This document shows positions 18,841 to 28,972 of a stretch of 64,000 nt of DNA, one piece after another; the first letter of the stretch is position 1; the number at the start of each line of letters is the position of its first letter. The position numbers and the translations under genes were made by a program. Source of the DNA: an uncultured Neisseriaceae bacterium (GTDB taxonomy: Bacteria > Pseudomonadota > Gammaproteobacteria > Burkholderiales > UBA11063); the NCBI GenBank assembly GCA_937872505.1, contig CALMTA010000137.1, positions 132 through 64,131 of the forward strand, written 5' to 3'. The notes under the pieces were generated by a model. The model saw nothing but the letters and a program-made list of their open reading frames with translations, was not told the DNA's origin and made no database searches.

Positions 18841-19377
18841 ATGAAAATTAAAGAATTATTAGAACAGAGAATTTATAACACAGATAAGTTTACATCTCAT
18901 CAATATTTGAATACTTATGAAGAATTATTCGAGCCTATACAACATAATGTTAAAAATCTATTAGAAGTAGGTGTATTAAGAGGAGAGTCTTTAGAATTAT
19001 GGAAAAATCTTTTTACTAACGCTGAAATATATGGAGCAGAACTTGTATCATCTGAAGTAACAATAAAACAACAAGAAAGAATAGAAATATTTTATGGAGA
19101 TGCCTACAACAAAGATTTTTTAAATAATTTTAAAGATATAAAATTTGATATTATTATAGATGACGGCAGTCATCAGTTTGAACACATGGATTTCTTTTGT
19201 AAATATTATAAAGATTTATTAAATATAAATGGTATTATCATAGTAGAAGATATACCTGCTATGGATTGGGCTGAAAAACTTAAAAAGTCATTAAATTTTA
19301 AAGATTCTTTTATTGTTGATTTAAGACATTTAAATAATAGATGGGATGATATAATGCTTATTGGTAAAAATAATTAA
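18841..19377 (+). CDS. class I SAM-dependent methyltransferase (sugar O-methyltransferase-like)
   Basis: LLEVGVLRGES, FDIIIDDGSH, GIIIVED. Confidence 0.85.
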   Translation: MKIKELLEQRIYNTDKFTSHQYLNTYEELFEPIQHNVKNLLEVGVLRGESLELWKNLFTNAEIYGAELVSSEVTIKQQERIEIFYGDAYNKDFLNNFKDIKFDIIIDDGSHQFEHMDFFCKYYKDLLNINGIIIVEDIPAMDWAEKLKKSLNFKDSFIVDLRHLNNRWDDIMLIGKNN

Positions 19378-19409
19378 CAAACTATTTAAAAGTTGATTAA
19401 AATAAACAA

Positions 19410-21113
19410 ATGATTAAAATATTAGCCTATTACAATAAAATGGTAGGTAGTCATTATCATAGATTACATGTTCCTTTAGAAAATCTTAAAGATAAGTATG
19501 ACATTACTATAGTTGATTCTATAAAAACAGATACTTGGGAAAATTTTGATATATTTATATATAACAGATATGTAAATTTACCAATATATAGTTTAAATCT
19601 ACTAAAAAAAAAATTTGGGTTTAAAATTATAATGGATATGGACGATAAAGTCACTATACCATTTTCTCATTATATGACTAAACTTTATGATACTCAAGCC
19701 ATACCTGAAAAAATAATATTGCACTTAAAAAACGCTGACTATGTAATATGTTCTACTGAATTATTAGCAGATAATTTAAAAAAATATAACAAAAATGTTG
19801 TAGTTATACCTAATGCTATAGATTTTTCAATTGATCAATTTAAATATAAAGAAAAAAAACAGAGTGATAAATTAAGAATAGTTTATCCTTGTTCTTTGAG
19901 TCATGAAAAAGATGTAAGGTTACTTGAGCTTTCTTTTAAAAAATTAGCTCAAGATATAAATTTAAAAGATAAGTATATATTTACTTTAGCGGGATACAGT
20001 GACTTTAATAATAAAAGTAAGCTTATATGGGATAATATGGTAAAAGTATTTAAATTAAGTGGTTCTTATAATATTATACCTAATAAAACAGTATTTGATT
20101 ATATGGAACATTATGATAATCAAGATGTTTGTATAATTCCTTTAATAGATGATTCGTTTAATAGAATGAAATCTGTTTTAAAATTAAATGAATCAGGAGC
20201 TAAAAAATTAGCTGTTATAGCTTCTAATGTACCTCCTTATGATAAAGAATCAGACTATTTTTTACCTGTTGACAAATCGGTAGATTGGTATAATCATGTT
20301 AAATATTTAATAAATAATCCAGAAGAAGTAAAAAATTATGCTAATAAGCTTTATGAATATAATAAAGAGAATTATGATATTAATGTGATTAATAAATTAA
20401 GAATAAATTTATTCGACAATGTTGTTAAATATAAAAAAGAAGAAAGTTTTAAATATAAAATAATTTCTATTACTTATGATACGCAGCAAATTACTGAATA
20501 TGATACATATTTTAATACTATTAATAGTGTGGCTCAAAAAAGTTATTTATTTGAATATAATCCTATAATAGATATTATAGATAATAATAAGTATAATATA
20601 AATTCTTATGATTATTTAGGTATTTTTAGTTGGAAGTTTGCTTTTAAATCTAAAGTTTCTAATATAGAAATTAACGATCATATAGACAATAACTATGATG
20701 CTTATGGATTTAATGCTCCTTTATTTAAAGATGGTAAAGATTACTTTACTCAAAGCAATAAATATCATCCTAACTTATTAAACATTATACGTATATTGTG
20801 TGAGGAAATAGGTATAAAATATACGGATAGTCCTAAATATGCTGTGTGGTCTAATTTTTTTGTAATGAGAACAGAATTATATAAAGATTATATTAATACT
20901 TATGTAAAACCTATTATAAATTTAATGGAAAATAAGTATAAAATTTTAGTATATAAAGATGCTAAATATGGAGGATTAACTAAAGAAAAATTAAAAGCTT
21001 ATACAGGCTTAGATTTTTACACATATCATACATTTATTTTAGAAAGACTAATTAGTCTATATTTACATAATAATCCTCAAATAAAATTTAAAAGTTGCAT
21101 TGGAAAGAAATAA
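19410..21113 (+). CDS. GT-B (family 4-like) glycosyltransferase fused to a second glycan-related domain
   Basis: YHRLHVP, IIMDMDD, VVVIPNAID, KSVLKLNESG..AVIASNV; C-terminal NFFVM...HTFILERL domain. Confidence 0.8.
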   Translation: MIKILAYYNKMVGSHYHRLHVPLENLKDKYDITIVDSIKTDTWENFDIFIYNRYVNLPIYSLNLLKKKFGFKIIMDMDDKVTIPFSHYMTKLYDTQAIPEKIILHLKNADYVICSTELLADNLKKYNKNVVVIPNAIDFSIDQFKYKEKKQSDKLRIVYPCSLSHEKDVRLLELSFKKLAQDINLKDKYIFTLAGYSDFNNKSKLIWDNMVKVFKLSGSYNIIPNKTVFDYMEHYDNQDVCIIPLIDDSFNRMKSVLKLNESGAKKLAVIASNVPPYDKESDYFLPVDKSVDWYNHVKYLINNPEEVKNYANKLYEYNKENYDINVINKLRINLFDNVVKYKKEESFKYKIISITYDTQQITEYDTYFNTINSVAQKSYLFEYNPIIDIIDNNKYNINSYDYLGIFSWKFAFKSKVSNIEINDHIDNNYDAYGFNAPLFKDGKDYFTQSNKYHPNLLNIIRILCEEIGIKYTDSPKYAVWSNFFVMRTELYKDYINTYVKPIINLMENKYKILVYKDAKYGGLTKEKLKAYTGLDFYTYHTFILERLISLYLHNNPQIKFKSCIGKK

Positions 21114-22162
21114 TCAAAATACCTTATATACAAGAACAGATATATAATTATTATATTCCTAATTGTTATTTAACAGGTAAGCCTTTTAAATCTCCATTTA
21201 GAAAAGATAATAATCCTTCATTTAGTATATTGAAAATAGGTAGTTACTATAAATGGGCTGATTGGGGTACAAATGAAAAAGGAAATTGTTTTGATTTTGT
21301 TGCTAAATACTATGGATTAAATGTTAATAAACAATTTAATCTTGTTTTAAAAGCTATAGTGAAAGATTTAAATTATGAACATTTATTTAATACAGATTCT
21401 AAAGTTTTAATTAATTTTATTAAAAATAATGTTCAACTAAACAAAGAATTACATACTATGTATTCTGCTGCTAATAAAGTAAGTTCAGTTAAATTAAAAT
21501 ATAATAAAAAACCTTTTAATCAAAGTGAAATAGATTATTGGAAATCTCAAGGATTAATAAATATAGATACTTTAAAATATTTAAACATACATTCTGTAAG
21601 TAAAGCTTATATTATTATTAATGATTATGTTAAAATGTTTTATAACTATAATGATTATAAATTACACTCTAACGATGAAAATATTAAAAAATTATATTAT
21701 TGTTTTGCATATAATTATGATAATAAATATTTAAAAATTTATAGACCTTATTATATTGATAAATGGAAAAGTACAGTGCCTTTAAATTTAATTTGTACTA
21801 AAACATTATTTGGCAATGATAATTTAATTATAACTAAGGCTAAAAAAGAGCAAGTTCATTTATTAGATATTCAAAGTTATATGATTGATAAATTTGATAT
21901 ACTGCCTTTGAATAATGAAATTACTTTTCCTCATGATTTTATTGAAAGTATTAAAGATAATTATAAAAAAATTATATTATGGTTAGATAATGATAATATA
22001 GGAATTTTTAATATGAAAAAATGGGCAGAACAACATAATTTAACAATGTTTTATAGTAAAAATTTTAAAAACATTACTGATCAATATTCAAATTTATATA
22101 GTATTAATAGCGATATGGCTAAAAATAATTCATTACTAACAATAAAAAACTTATTACAATAA
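21095..22162 (+). CDS. DNA primase (crAss-type)
   Basis: SPFRKDNNPSFSI, WADWG..GNCFDFV N-domain; TOPRIM-like LWLDNDNIG. Confidence 0.8.
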   Translation: MHWKEIIKIPYIQEQIYNYYIPNCYLTGKPFKSPFRKDNNPSFSILKIGSYYKWADWGTNEKGNCFDFVAKYYGLNVNKQFNLVLKAIVKDLNYEHLFNTDSKVLINFIKNNVQLNKELHTMYSAANKVSSVKLKYNKKPFNQSEIDYWKSQGLINIDTLKYLNIHSVSKAYIIINDYVKMFYNYNDYKLHSNDENIKKLYYCFAYNYDNKYLKIYRPYYIDKWKSTVPLNLICTKTLFGNDNLIITKAKKEQVHLLDIQSYMIDKFDILPLNNEITFPHDFIESIKDNYKKIILWLDNDNIGIFNMKKWAEQHNLTMFYSKNFKNITDQYSNLYSINSDMAKNNSLLTIKNLLQ

Positions 22163-22169
22163 TATAATT

Positions 22170-22712
22170 ATGTTCAAAAGCAATGAAGAAAAGTTCTTTA
22201 ATATGTGGTGCAAACAACTCAAAGAATTAGATTATATAATAGATTATTTTTATCAGCCTGAAACTTTGCAAATTACCCCTAAAGCTGAATTATGTTTAAA
22301 TATTAATAAAAAAAATAAATGTTATTTTTTATTACATCCACTGACATATACATATGATTTTAAAATAATATGGAATATAAAGGCTAAAGATGTATTTTAT
22401 AATAATATAGATAATGAATATTATAAAAATAATTGTTATTTTAAAACTAAAGAAGATATAAGCTATATAGATGTAAAAGGAGAATATACTAGAAAAAATA
22501 GAGTTACAGATATATCTTATCCTATTTTACAAAAAATATTATATCATTATAGTAATTTTTATGTACAAAAAATAGTTCCTATAAAATTATTTAAAGATAC
22601 ATTCGCACCCACAGAGTATTTACTAAATAATAATATTTATAAAGTAGGTACTAAAAAAGGGACAAACAAATCAAACTTATTAAATTTAGATGAATACACA
22701 AGAAGTAAATGA
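22170..22712 (+). CDS. PD-(D/E)XK-like nuclease (DUF1064-like)
   Basis: F.S.EE, YTYDF, YIDVKG. Confidence 0.6.
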   Translation: MFKSNEEKFFNMWCKQLKELDYIIDYFYQPETLQITPKAELCLNINKKNKCYFLLHPLTYTYDFKIIWNIKAKDVFYNNIDNEYYKNNCYFKTKEDISYIDVKGEYTRKNRVTDISYPILQKILYHYSNFYVQKIVPIKLFKDTFAPTEYLLNNNIYKVGTKKGTNKSNLLNLDEYTRSK

Positions 22713-22914
22713 ATTATCTATTCATATATCTATGAATTTATTAGTATTTTTAGCTGAAAAAGGATTATTAAGACATAATCAAATATATGATACTATAACA
22801 GAAATGGACAGTAATACTGTTACAAAAGAATATACTAATGAATTTAAAGCAATGATTATGGGTGCAGCAGTTGTTATTAAAAACACATTAACCGACAAAT
22901 ATGAAATTGATTGA
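22690..22914 (+). CDS. hypothetical protein
   Basis: 74-aa ORF. Confidence 0.45.
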   Translation: MNTQEVNELSIHISMNLLVFLAEKGLLRHNQIYDTITEMDSNTVTKEYTNEFKAMIMGAAVVIKNTLTDKYEID

Positions 22915-23215
22915 AACTTTTACATTAGATAAAAATGGTTTAAAATATTTAATGGCTTATTTAGATGAAAAAATTGTGGCAACAAGTGTTAAAGCTTTTT
23001 TTAAAGAAGATATTGTTAATTCTTTACATTATTCTGCTACGCCATATACAGAAAAAGATGTAGAATATTTTATAGATAATATAAGATTGTTTGAAATACC
23101 TAATGTTATAGGAGTTTCTATTAAATATTTCTTAGAAAGAATTATTGTTTATTTTGAAGATTATATTTTAGAGTTTGTTAATGACGAGATTTTTTTATAT
23201 GATATTAATAATTGA
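22901..23215 (+). CDS. hypothetical protein
   Basis: 104-aa ORF. Confidence 0.5.
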   Translation: MKLIETFTLDKNGLKYLMAYLDEKIVATSVKAFFKEDIVNSLHYSATPYTEKDVEYFIDNIRLFEIPNVIGVSIKYFLERIIVYFEDYILEFVNDEIFLYDINN

Positions 23216-23924
23216 TACAGATACTATTATATATTCTATAGCTGTATTAGATTTAGATTTAAAAAGTGTTATAGAAATTTTTGACAAAAAGATTAAGGGA
23301 TTAGTAGATAAATTTAAAGCAGATAATTATATATTAGTAATAGAAGGAAATAGAAACTTTAGAAATAAGTTTGATCCTAATTATAAAAAACATAGATCTA
23401 CAAATAAACCAATACATTATAAAGCTTTAAGACATCATGTTCAAAAACAATATAAATTAAATCATCATTTATCTATTAATGTGGAAACAGATGATGTATG
23501 TTCTATATTAGCTAATATATGCTTAGAAAAGAATATACAATGTGTTATTATACATACTGACAAAGATTTAAATCAAATAGTCGGTCAACATTATAATCCT
23601 AAAACTAAAGAAGAATATTATATAGATGAAAATAATAGCAAATATTTATTATGTTTACAGATATTAATGGGAGACCCTACAGATTCTAAAATAACTGGAA
23701 TATCGGGTATTGGTAAAACAAAAGCTTTTAATATACTAAATAATGCTTTAGACAATAATGTAGAATATATGACAGCAGTTTTTGATGAATTTATAAAAAA
23801 ATATAGTTATGATATAGGTGTAGAAAGATTTTATAATAGTTTTAACATAATTAAGTTATTAACAAACTATTCAAAAATAGATAAAAAATTAATAAAATTT
23901 TTAGATGGATTACAAAGCACCTAA
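23199..23924 (+). CDS. 5'-3' exonuclease / RNase H (T5/T7 gp6-like; likely start 23199)
   Basis: LIIDTD, YKKHR, VETDD, DKDLNQI, GDPTD..GISGIGKTKA (H3TH). Confidence 0.88.
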   Translation: MILIIDTDTIIYSIAVLDLDLKSVIEIFDKKIKGLVDKFKADNYILVIEGNRNFRNKFDPNYKKHRSTNKPIHYKALRHHVQKQYKLNHHLSINVETDDVCSILANICLEKNIQCVIIHTDKDLNQIVGQHYNPKTKEEYYIDENNSKYLLCLQILMGDPTDSKITGISGIGKTKAFNILNNALDNNVEYMTAVFDEFIKKYSYDIGVERFYNSFNIIKLLTNYSKIDKKLIKFLDGLQST

Positions 23925-24486
23925 TTATAATAGTTGGTTATTATTGCCTTTAACAAATATAAAAAATATTAATACCTTATACATTAACAATGTATTTGTA
24001 GGAAAAGAAAAAATAGAAAAGTTTCTCTATATTTTAATAAATAATGATGGTAGTGCAGAGTGTTTAGAATATATTAATACTTTAAAACAAGAGAAAAATT
24101 TTATTAAAAATGAAATAATAGATTATGATTTAATACTATTTAAATTTAAAATAAATTATAATGATGAAAATTATAGTCATTTAATAAATGCTAAATATAA
24201 TTTAGTCAGCTCTGACTATTCATTGTTATTAGCAGAAAGTTTAATTAGTAATTGTAAAAAATTATATAATGAAATATTATCTTTTTACAAAATATTAATA
24301 TATATCGTTAAAAATAGTGAACAATTATTTATAGATTATTATGAGTATAAACTAAAAATAGTTGATGTGAATTTTATAAATCAAATTAAAAGTACTGGCA
24401 TATATTTTTCTAATTTTAATGATAATAATTTTTTTAACGAATATTTAAAAATGAGTAATAAAACTATAAATGAATCTAAATTATAA
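23905..24486 (+). CDS. hypothetical protein
   Basis: 193-aa ORF. Confidence 0.5.
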   Translation: MDYKAPNYNSWLLLPLTNIKNINTLYINNVFVGKEKIEKFLYILINNDGSAECLEYINTLKQEKNFIKNEIIDYDLILFKFKINYNDENYSHLINAKYNLVSSDYSLLLAESLISNCKKLYNEILSFYKILIYIVKNSEQLFIDYYEYKLKIVDVNFINQIKSTGIYFSNFNDNNFFNEYLKMSNKTINESKL

Positions 24487-24859
24487 TGATATAAATATAT
24501 CTATAACCAATGCAAAAGATATAAAACAAGTTAGTGACAGCACTGTCTTTTTAAAAGATTTAAAGTTAGTTAAAACAAAAGGTAAAATTTCTAAAAAGAA
24601 AATTGTTACTAAAGCTAAAAACAGAAAAAGAAGTTATAAATTAGTTTATTATATTATAAATCAAAATGTAACTATACTTAATTATACTAATCCTCACACT
24701 TCTTTAAAAGAAGCTGAAAAATTTGCAAAATCTATTATTAATGAATTTAATAATATTTTATACATTATTCCAGTTAAAATACCAATTACTGGAGATAAAT
24801 TTTGCACAAGAATTGCTTTACAAGCAAATGATGTATTATATGGATTAATAGAAGGTTAA
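24470..24859 (+). CDS. hypothetical basic protein
   Basis: 129-aa Lys-rich ORF. Confidence 0.5.
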   Translation: MNLNYNDINISITNAKDIKQVSDSTVFLKDLKLVKTKGKISKKKIVTKAKNRKRSYKLVYYIINQNVTILNYTNPHTSLKEAEKFAKSIINEFNNILYIIPVKIPITGDKFCTRIALQANDVLYGLIEG

Positions 24860-24861
24860 TT

Positions 24862-25158
24862 ATGATTGGTACAATATTTAAACATCATTCTCAAACTCAC
24901 GGCTATCATAATTGGATAGTTTTGAAAGACGTGAGTAGTAGTAAATATTGTATCTGTGCTATAATATCGAGTAAAAAATCTACACATTCCTTAAAAATAG
25001 GACCCAAAGATTGTAGTTTTTTAAAAAAAGATTCTTACATACAAATAGATAATTTATTATCTATAGATAAAGACATAATTGAAAAAAAAGAAAAAGAGCT
25101 TGTTTGTTCAAGCCTATTGAATAAAATAAAAATAACATTTAATAAATTTTTTACATGA
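24862..25158 (+). CDS. PemK/MazF-fold protein (divergent)
   Basis: WIVL...CICAIISS, LKKDSYIQIDNLLSIDK pattern; 98 aa. Confidence 0.5.
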   Translation: MIGTIFKHHSQTHGYHNWIVLKDVSSSKYCICAIISSKKSTHSLKIGPKDCSFLKKDSYIQIDNLLSIDKDIIEKKEKELVCSSLLNKIKITFNKFFT

Positions 25159-27401
25159 AAGTTAATACACAAGTTTCGTCAATATCTAAATCTTACTCTG
25201 AAAAGAAATTTGAGATAGATTTTAATGATGAAATAAGTTTAGGAAAACTATTCCAAAGTCTTATAATGATATACAAAGATAAATTTTCCTTTGTAAGAGA
25301 GTTTGTACAAAATGCCTATGATGCAGTTGTTGAAGTTTGGGAAACTAATTATGAAAACTCTATAAGTTTAGATGAATTTCTTATTAAAAATCCTATATTA
25401 GTTTCTTTATATAAAGACAGTAAAGGAAATTATTTTGAAGTAAAAGAAACTAAAGGTATAGGAATTTCTCCTGAAAGAATGGATAATATGTTTAGATTTT
25501 TAACTAAATCTACAAAACAAAATAGTATAAATCAAATAGGAGCCAAAGGAATAGGTAAAATGGCTGCATTATCTTATACAGAAGAATATTTTATATCAAC
25601 AGTATATAACTCTATATTATATGAATATAAAATTTCTTGGTATAACCAACAAGGTATTCCTACTATATCAGAACCTGTAATTTCAAAGACAAAAGAACAT
25701 TCAGGTACTACAATAAGAGTTTATTTAAAGACAGAAGAAGATACTTCTAAAATTTTATCTTCTGTTAAAAATTTTTTGTCTTATTTTAATAATATATATT
25801 ACAGTAATATTTATTTAACTAATAAATATTATACAGATTATTTTTATGATAGAAATGGAGGAGTGTATGTAAATAATCTAACAGTAACTAATTCTTTAAA
25901 TGACTGTACTTTACATAATTATAAAACTTTTTTATATAGAGAAACTATAGATATTTTTGACAAAAAAGCTTTTTTAATTGTAGATAGAATTCCTTATGAA
26001 ATAGATTGGAATTTAATAAATATGAATGTTATTTATTTACCCTTTGGTATCAAAGTTTCATCATCTGAAATATTATTAAATGATAATAGAGATAGTATTA
26101 GATACACAGATTCAGTTATACAAATTATTAGAGAGAAAATAATAAATTTTAAAAAAGAATTATTAGATTTTATACAACAAGGCTTTACTACTAATAACGA
26201 TGACTTATCTGCTATTTGGAGAAATAATACTAAACTTATGATAAATAAAGTTTCTTTTACTTTAAGCTCAAACCCACTAGCTTACTGGAAATCTTCTCAA
26301 AAATATGTAGAAAGTATTGATTTTTCGTTAAAAAGTACTCCTTTACTTAATCATCTGTTTAATCCTGTTTTGATTGCAATAAAAGATAAAAATATAATAA
26401 GAACTTCTTTACCTTCTTATAATTCATTATTAAACTCTTCTTATGGTAAGTTTGAAGATGTTTCTAAAAATCATTATTTAGTATTAAAAGATATAGATGT
26501 CAAACTGAATAGTATCGGATTATCTAATTTAGATATATATAGTAATATTGTTGTTGTAGATAAACCTGATTTAGATGTTATAAAAAAAGAAGATATTGGA
26601 GTAACTAATGATAACAATTTAATTCAAATAAAAAAAGAAATAAATTATTATTTTAATAATAAAGTATTTAAATTATCTAAAATATATAATGAAAAAAGAA
26701 AGCCTAAAGCTATTACTAAAAAAAATAATGAGTCGTTTAAAATAAGTACTCTTACTTCTCAAGTAAATTATTATAATTACAATGTTAGTAAAATAGATAG
26801 ATATATTACTTATCCAGAACTAACTGATAAATATATAATTTTTAATACAAATGAAAATGATTCGGCTAAAAACTTAAATGCAATTTTATCTAAATTTGGT
26901 ATACTTAATGAAGTAAGTTTAGTTGCGCCAACTTTTTGTAAAAAAATAAAATATAATTTACAATATTTTTTAAATACTTCTAAGGAGTTTGAATTATTGA
27001 GAATTGCTTTTTTATGTTATAAACTATATGAAGAAAAAAATTCTTATTTTTTTCCTATTATTTATGATGCCCCTTCAATTACTTCAAAAAAACTTTTTAA
27101 AGATACTATAGTTTTAACTATTATAGAAGAAATATTAAGTGATAGGGGTAAATTTTTTATTTACTTAAATATATTTATGTATAGTACTTATATTGTAAAT
27201 ATGGTAAAATCTTTTGAAGATAATTATAAAGATTTATTAGATACATCTATTGTAAATAGTAATGTTTACTCTAAATTTAAAGAGCTTTTGAATATTTTTA
27301 ACAATACACATAAAGAATTAAAAGCTATTAATTATAGAGAAAATAATACTTTAATTAACGAAACCGTCAAAATAATATTAAATAAAAATAAAAATGTATA
27401 A
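25155..27401 (+). CDS. rIIA: rIIA-like protein with GHKL ATPase domain
   Basis: REFVQNAYDA, GIGIS, IGAKGIG, GTTI; adjacent to an rIIB-like gene. Confidence 0.8.
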   Translation: MKVNTQVSSISKSYSEKKFEIDFNDEISLGKLFQSLIMIYKDKFSFVREFVQNAYDAVVEVWETNYENSISLDEFLIKNPILVSLYKDSKGNYFEVKETKGIGISPERMDNMFRFLTKSTKQNSINQIGAKGIGKMAALSYTEEYFISTVYNSILYEYKISWYNQQGIPTISEPVISKTKEHSGTTIRVYLKTEEDTSKILSSVKNFLSYFNNIYYSNIYLTNKYYTDYFYDRNGGVYVNNLTVTNSLNDCTLHNYKTFLYRETIDIFDKKAFLIVDRIPYEIDWNLINMNVIYLPFGIKVSSSEILLNDNRDSIRYTDSVIQIIREKIINFKKELLDFIQQGFTTNNDDLSAIWRNNTKLMINKVSFTLSSNPLAYWKSSQKYVESIDFSLKSTPLLNHLFNPVLIAIKDKNIIRTSLPSYNSLLNSSYGKFEDVSKNHYLVLKDIDVKLNSIGLSNLDIYSNIVVVDKPDLDVIKKEDIGVTNDNNLIQIKKEINYYFNNKVFKLSKIYNEKRKPKAITKKNNESFKISTLTSQVNYYNYNVSKIDRYITYPELTDKYIIFNTNENDSAKNLNAILSKFGILNEVSLVAPTFCKKIKYNLQYFLNTSKEFELLRIAFLCYKLYEEKNSYFFPIIYDAPSITSKKLFKDTIVLTIIEEILSDRGKFFIYLNIFMYSTYIVNMVKSFEDNYKDLLDTSIVNSNVYSKFKELLNIFNNTHKELKAINYRENNTLINETVKIILNKNKNV

Positions 27402-28719
27402 AATAGTTTTTCAAAAAACAATTGTGAATGATAAAACATTATTAGATGTTTTTTTCATTAAAAATGATATAAAAAAAAGTGTTTTTTATTCTTTAAATAT
27501 ACCAAAAGATAAAATTACTTATGTAAATAGTTTAATAGAATTGTGTCAAGTTAATAGTTTAGATAAAAAAACTTATAGCTTTGTAAAAAAAGAAATATCC
27601 AATTTAGTCAATGATATAAATATAGAGATTAGCGAGATTAATAGTAAGATAAATGATTTAAATTTAAAAATGAACTCTGTTAAAAACGAAAATAATTTTT
27701 CAGAAAAACTTATTATTATTCAAAAAGAATTACTAAATAATAATATAGTTTATAACATAGTTAATGAATCTTTGTTTAAGTCTGGCAGTGAAGTAAGAGT
27801 TCCTACTATACTATGTGATTATTTTTACAAAGCTGTTTCTGAAAAAGATATTAGTTATTTAATAAGTTTAGATAAATTTTGGAATAATTGTTTACAAAAA
27901 GAAAATTATTCTAATATTGAAGATTTATTTATTTTTATAGAAGATAATAATTTAACTATTACTCCTAACGGATATTTATTTCTTTTTAGAAGAGTAGTTG
28001 ATAAAAATGAAGAAAATGAAGATAAATTATTTGAGTATGTAAGTAATGAATGGAAAAAATGTATTATTAATAAAATTGACCCTACTTTGTATTTTGTAGA
28101 ATTTGATGGATATGATTATTATTTAAGCGAAAAAAAATCAGAGAACTCTGATTCTTTAGAATCATTAATGCAAGGTTATTTTAGAGATAATATTAATTCT
28201 CCTAAATATACCGATAATCATACTAAAAAATTTCTATATCAATTAGGTAAAACATATATAATTAACAATGTTGACAATAATGTTAATAATTATTGTTCTC
28301 ATGGTCTTCATTTAGGTTCTAAAGATTATGTTAAAAATAATGGTTGGTTAGGTTCTCAAATAGTAGGTTGCATAGTTAATCCACGAGACATTATAGCAGT
28401 AGCTGATTCAGCAAGCAAGTTAAGAGTTAGAAAAATGCACATAGCTTGTACTATTTCTCCAGAAGAGTTAGATAACTTTTCTGCAACAATGTTTAATTAT
28501 GATTACGAAGAATTGTGTAATAGAGATAATGAAGAATATAGCACATTTACTTTTAATGAAAACTTTAATTCTGTAATTGAATATTCTAAAAAATTATCAG
28601 AAATAACAGAAGAAATAAGCTTTTTTCAAAAAAAATTAGATGAATTTGCAACAAAAACTAATTTGAGCAAAAGTAAAATTATATCTTTATTAAATAATAA
28701 TTATAAAACTAATAATTAA
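27394..28719 (+). CDS. rIIB: rIIB-like protein
   Basis: ITPNGY...RRV, YTDNHT, CSHGLHLGS, VNPRDI...KLRV. Confidence 0.8.
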   Translation: MYKIVFQKTIVNDKTLLDVFFIKNDIKKSVFYSLNIPKDKITYVNSLIELCQVNSLDKKTYSFVKKEISNLVNDINIEISEINSKINDLNLKMNSVKNENNFSEKLIIIQKELLNNNIVYNIVNESLFKSGSEVRVPTILCDYFYKAVSEKDISYLISLDKFWNNCLQKENYSNIEDLFIFIEDNNLTITPNGYLFLFRRVVDKNEENEDKLFEYVSNEWKKCIINKIDPTLYFVEFDGYDYYLSEKKSENSDSLESLMQGYFRDNINSPKYTDNHTKKFLYQLGKTYIINNVDNNVNNYCSHGLHLGSKDYVKNNGWLGSQIVGCIVNPRDIIAVADSASKLRVRKMHIACTISPEELDNFSATMFNYDYEELCNRDNEEYSTFTFNENFNSVIEYSKKLSEITEEISFFQKKLDEFATKTNLSKSKIISLLNNNYKTNN

Positions 28720-28746
28720 CAAATTTTTAATATAAATTATAATTAT

Positions 28747-28971
28747 ATGACTACTACAGAGATAAAAGAATTATCAGAATCTATTTTGAACATTCAAAGA
28801 AGTATAAAAGAAAGTGACATTAGATACCATCAAGCTATTATAGATAGTGTTGATAGTATTATTCAAGAAGAAAAAAATGCCATAAAAGAATTAGTATTTA
28901 TAAGAGATAATCTTTTAATGTTATTAGGATATGCTGCTGAAGACCTATCCGCTAAACATTTAACAGTTTAA
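28747..28971 (+). CDS. hypothetical protein
   Basis: 74-aa ORF. Confidence 0.5.
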   Translation: MTTTEIKELSESILNIQRSIKESDIRYHQAIIDSVDSIIQEEKNAIKELVFIRDNLLMLLGYAAEDLSAKHLTV

Positions 28972-28972
28972 T

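Noticed and set aside
25155-28719. rIIA/rIIB pair as a novel ATPase system
   Set aside because: It matches the well-known T4-like rIIA-rIIB arrangement common in large phages.
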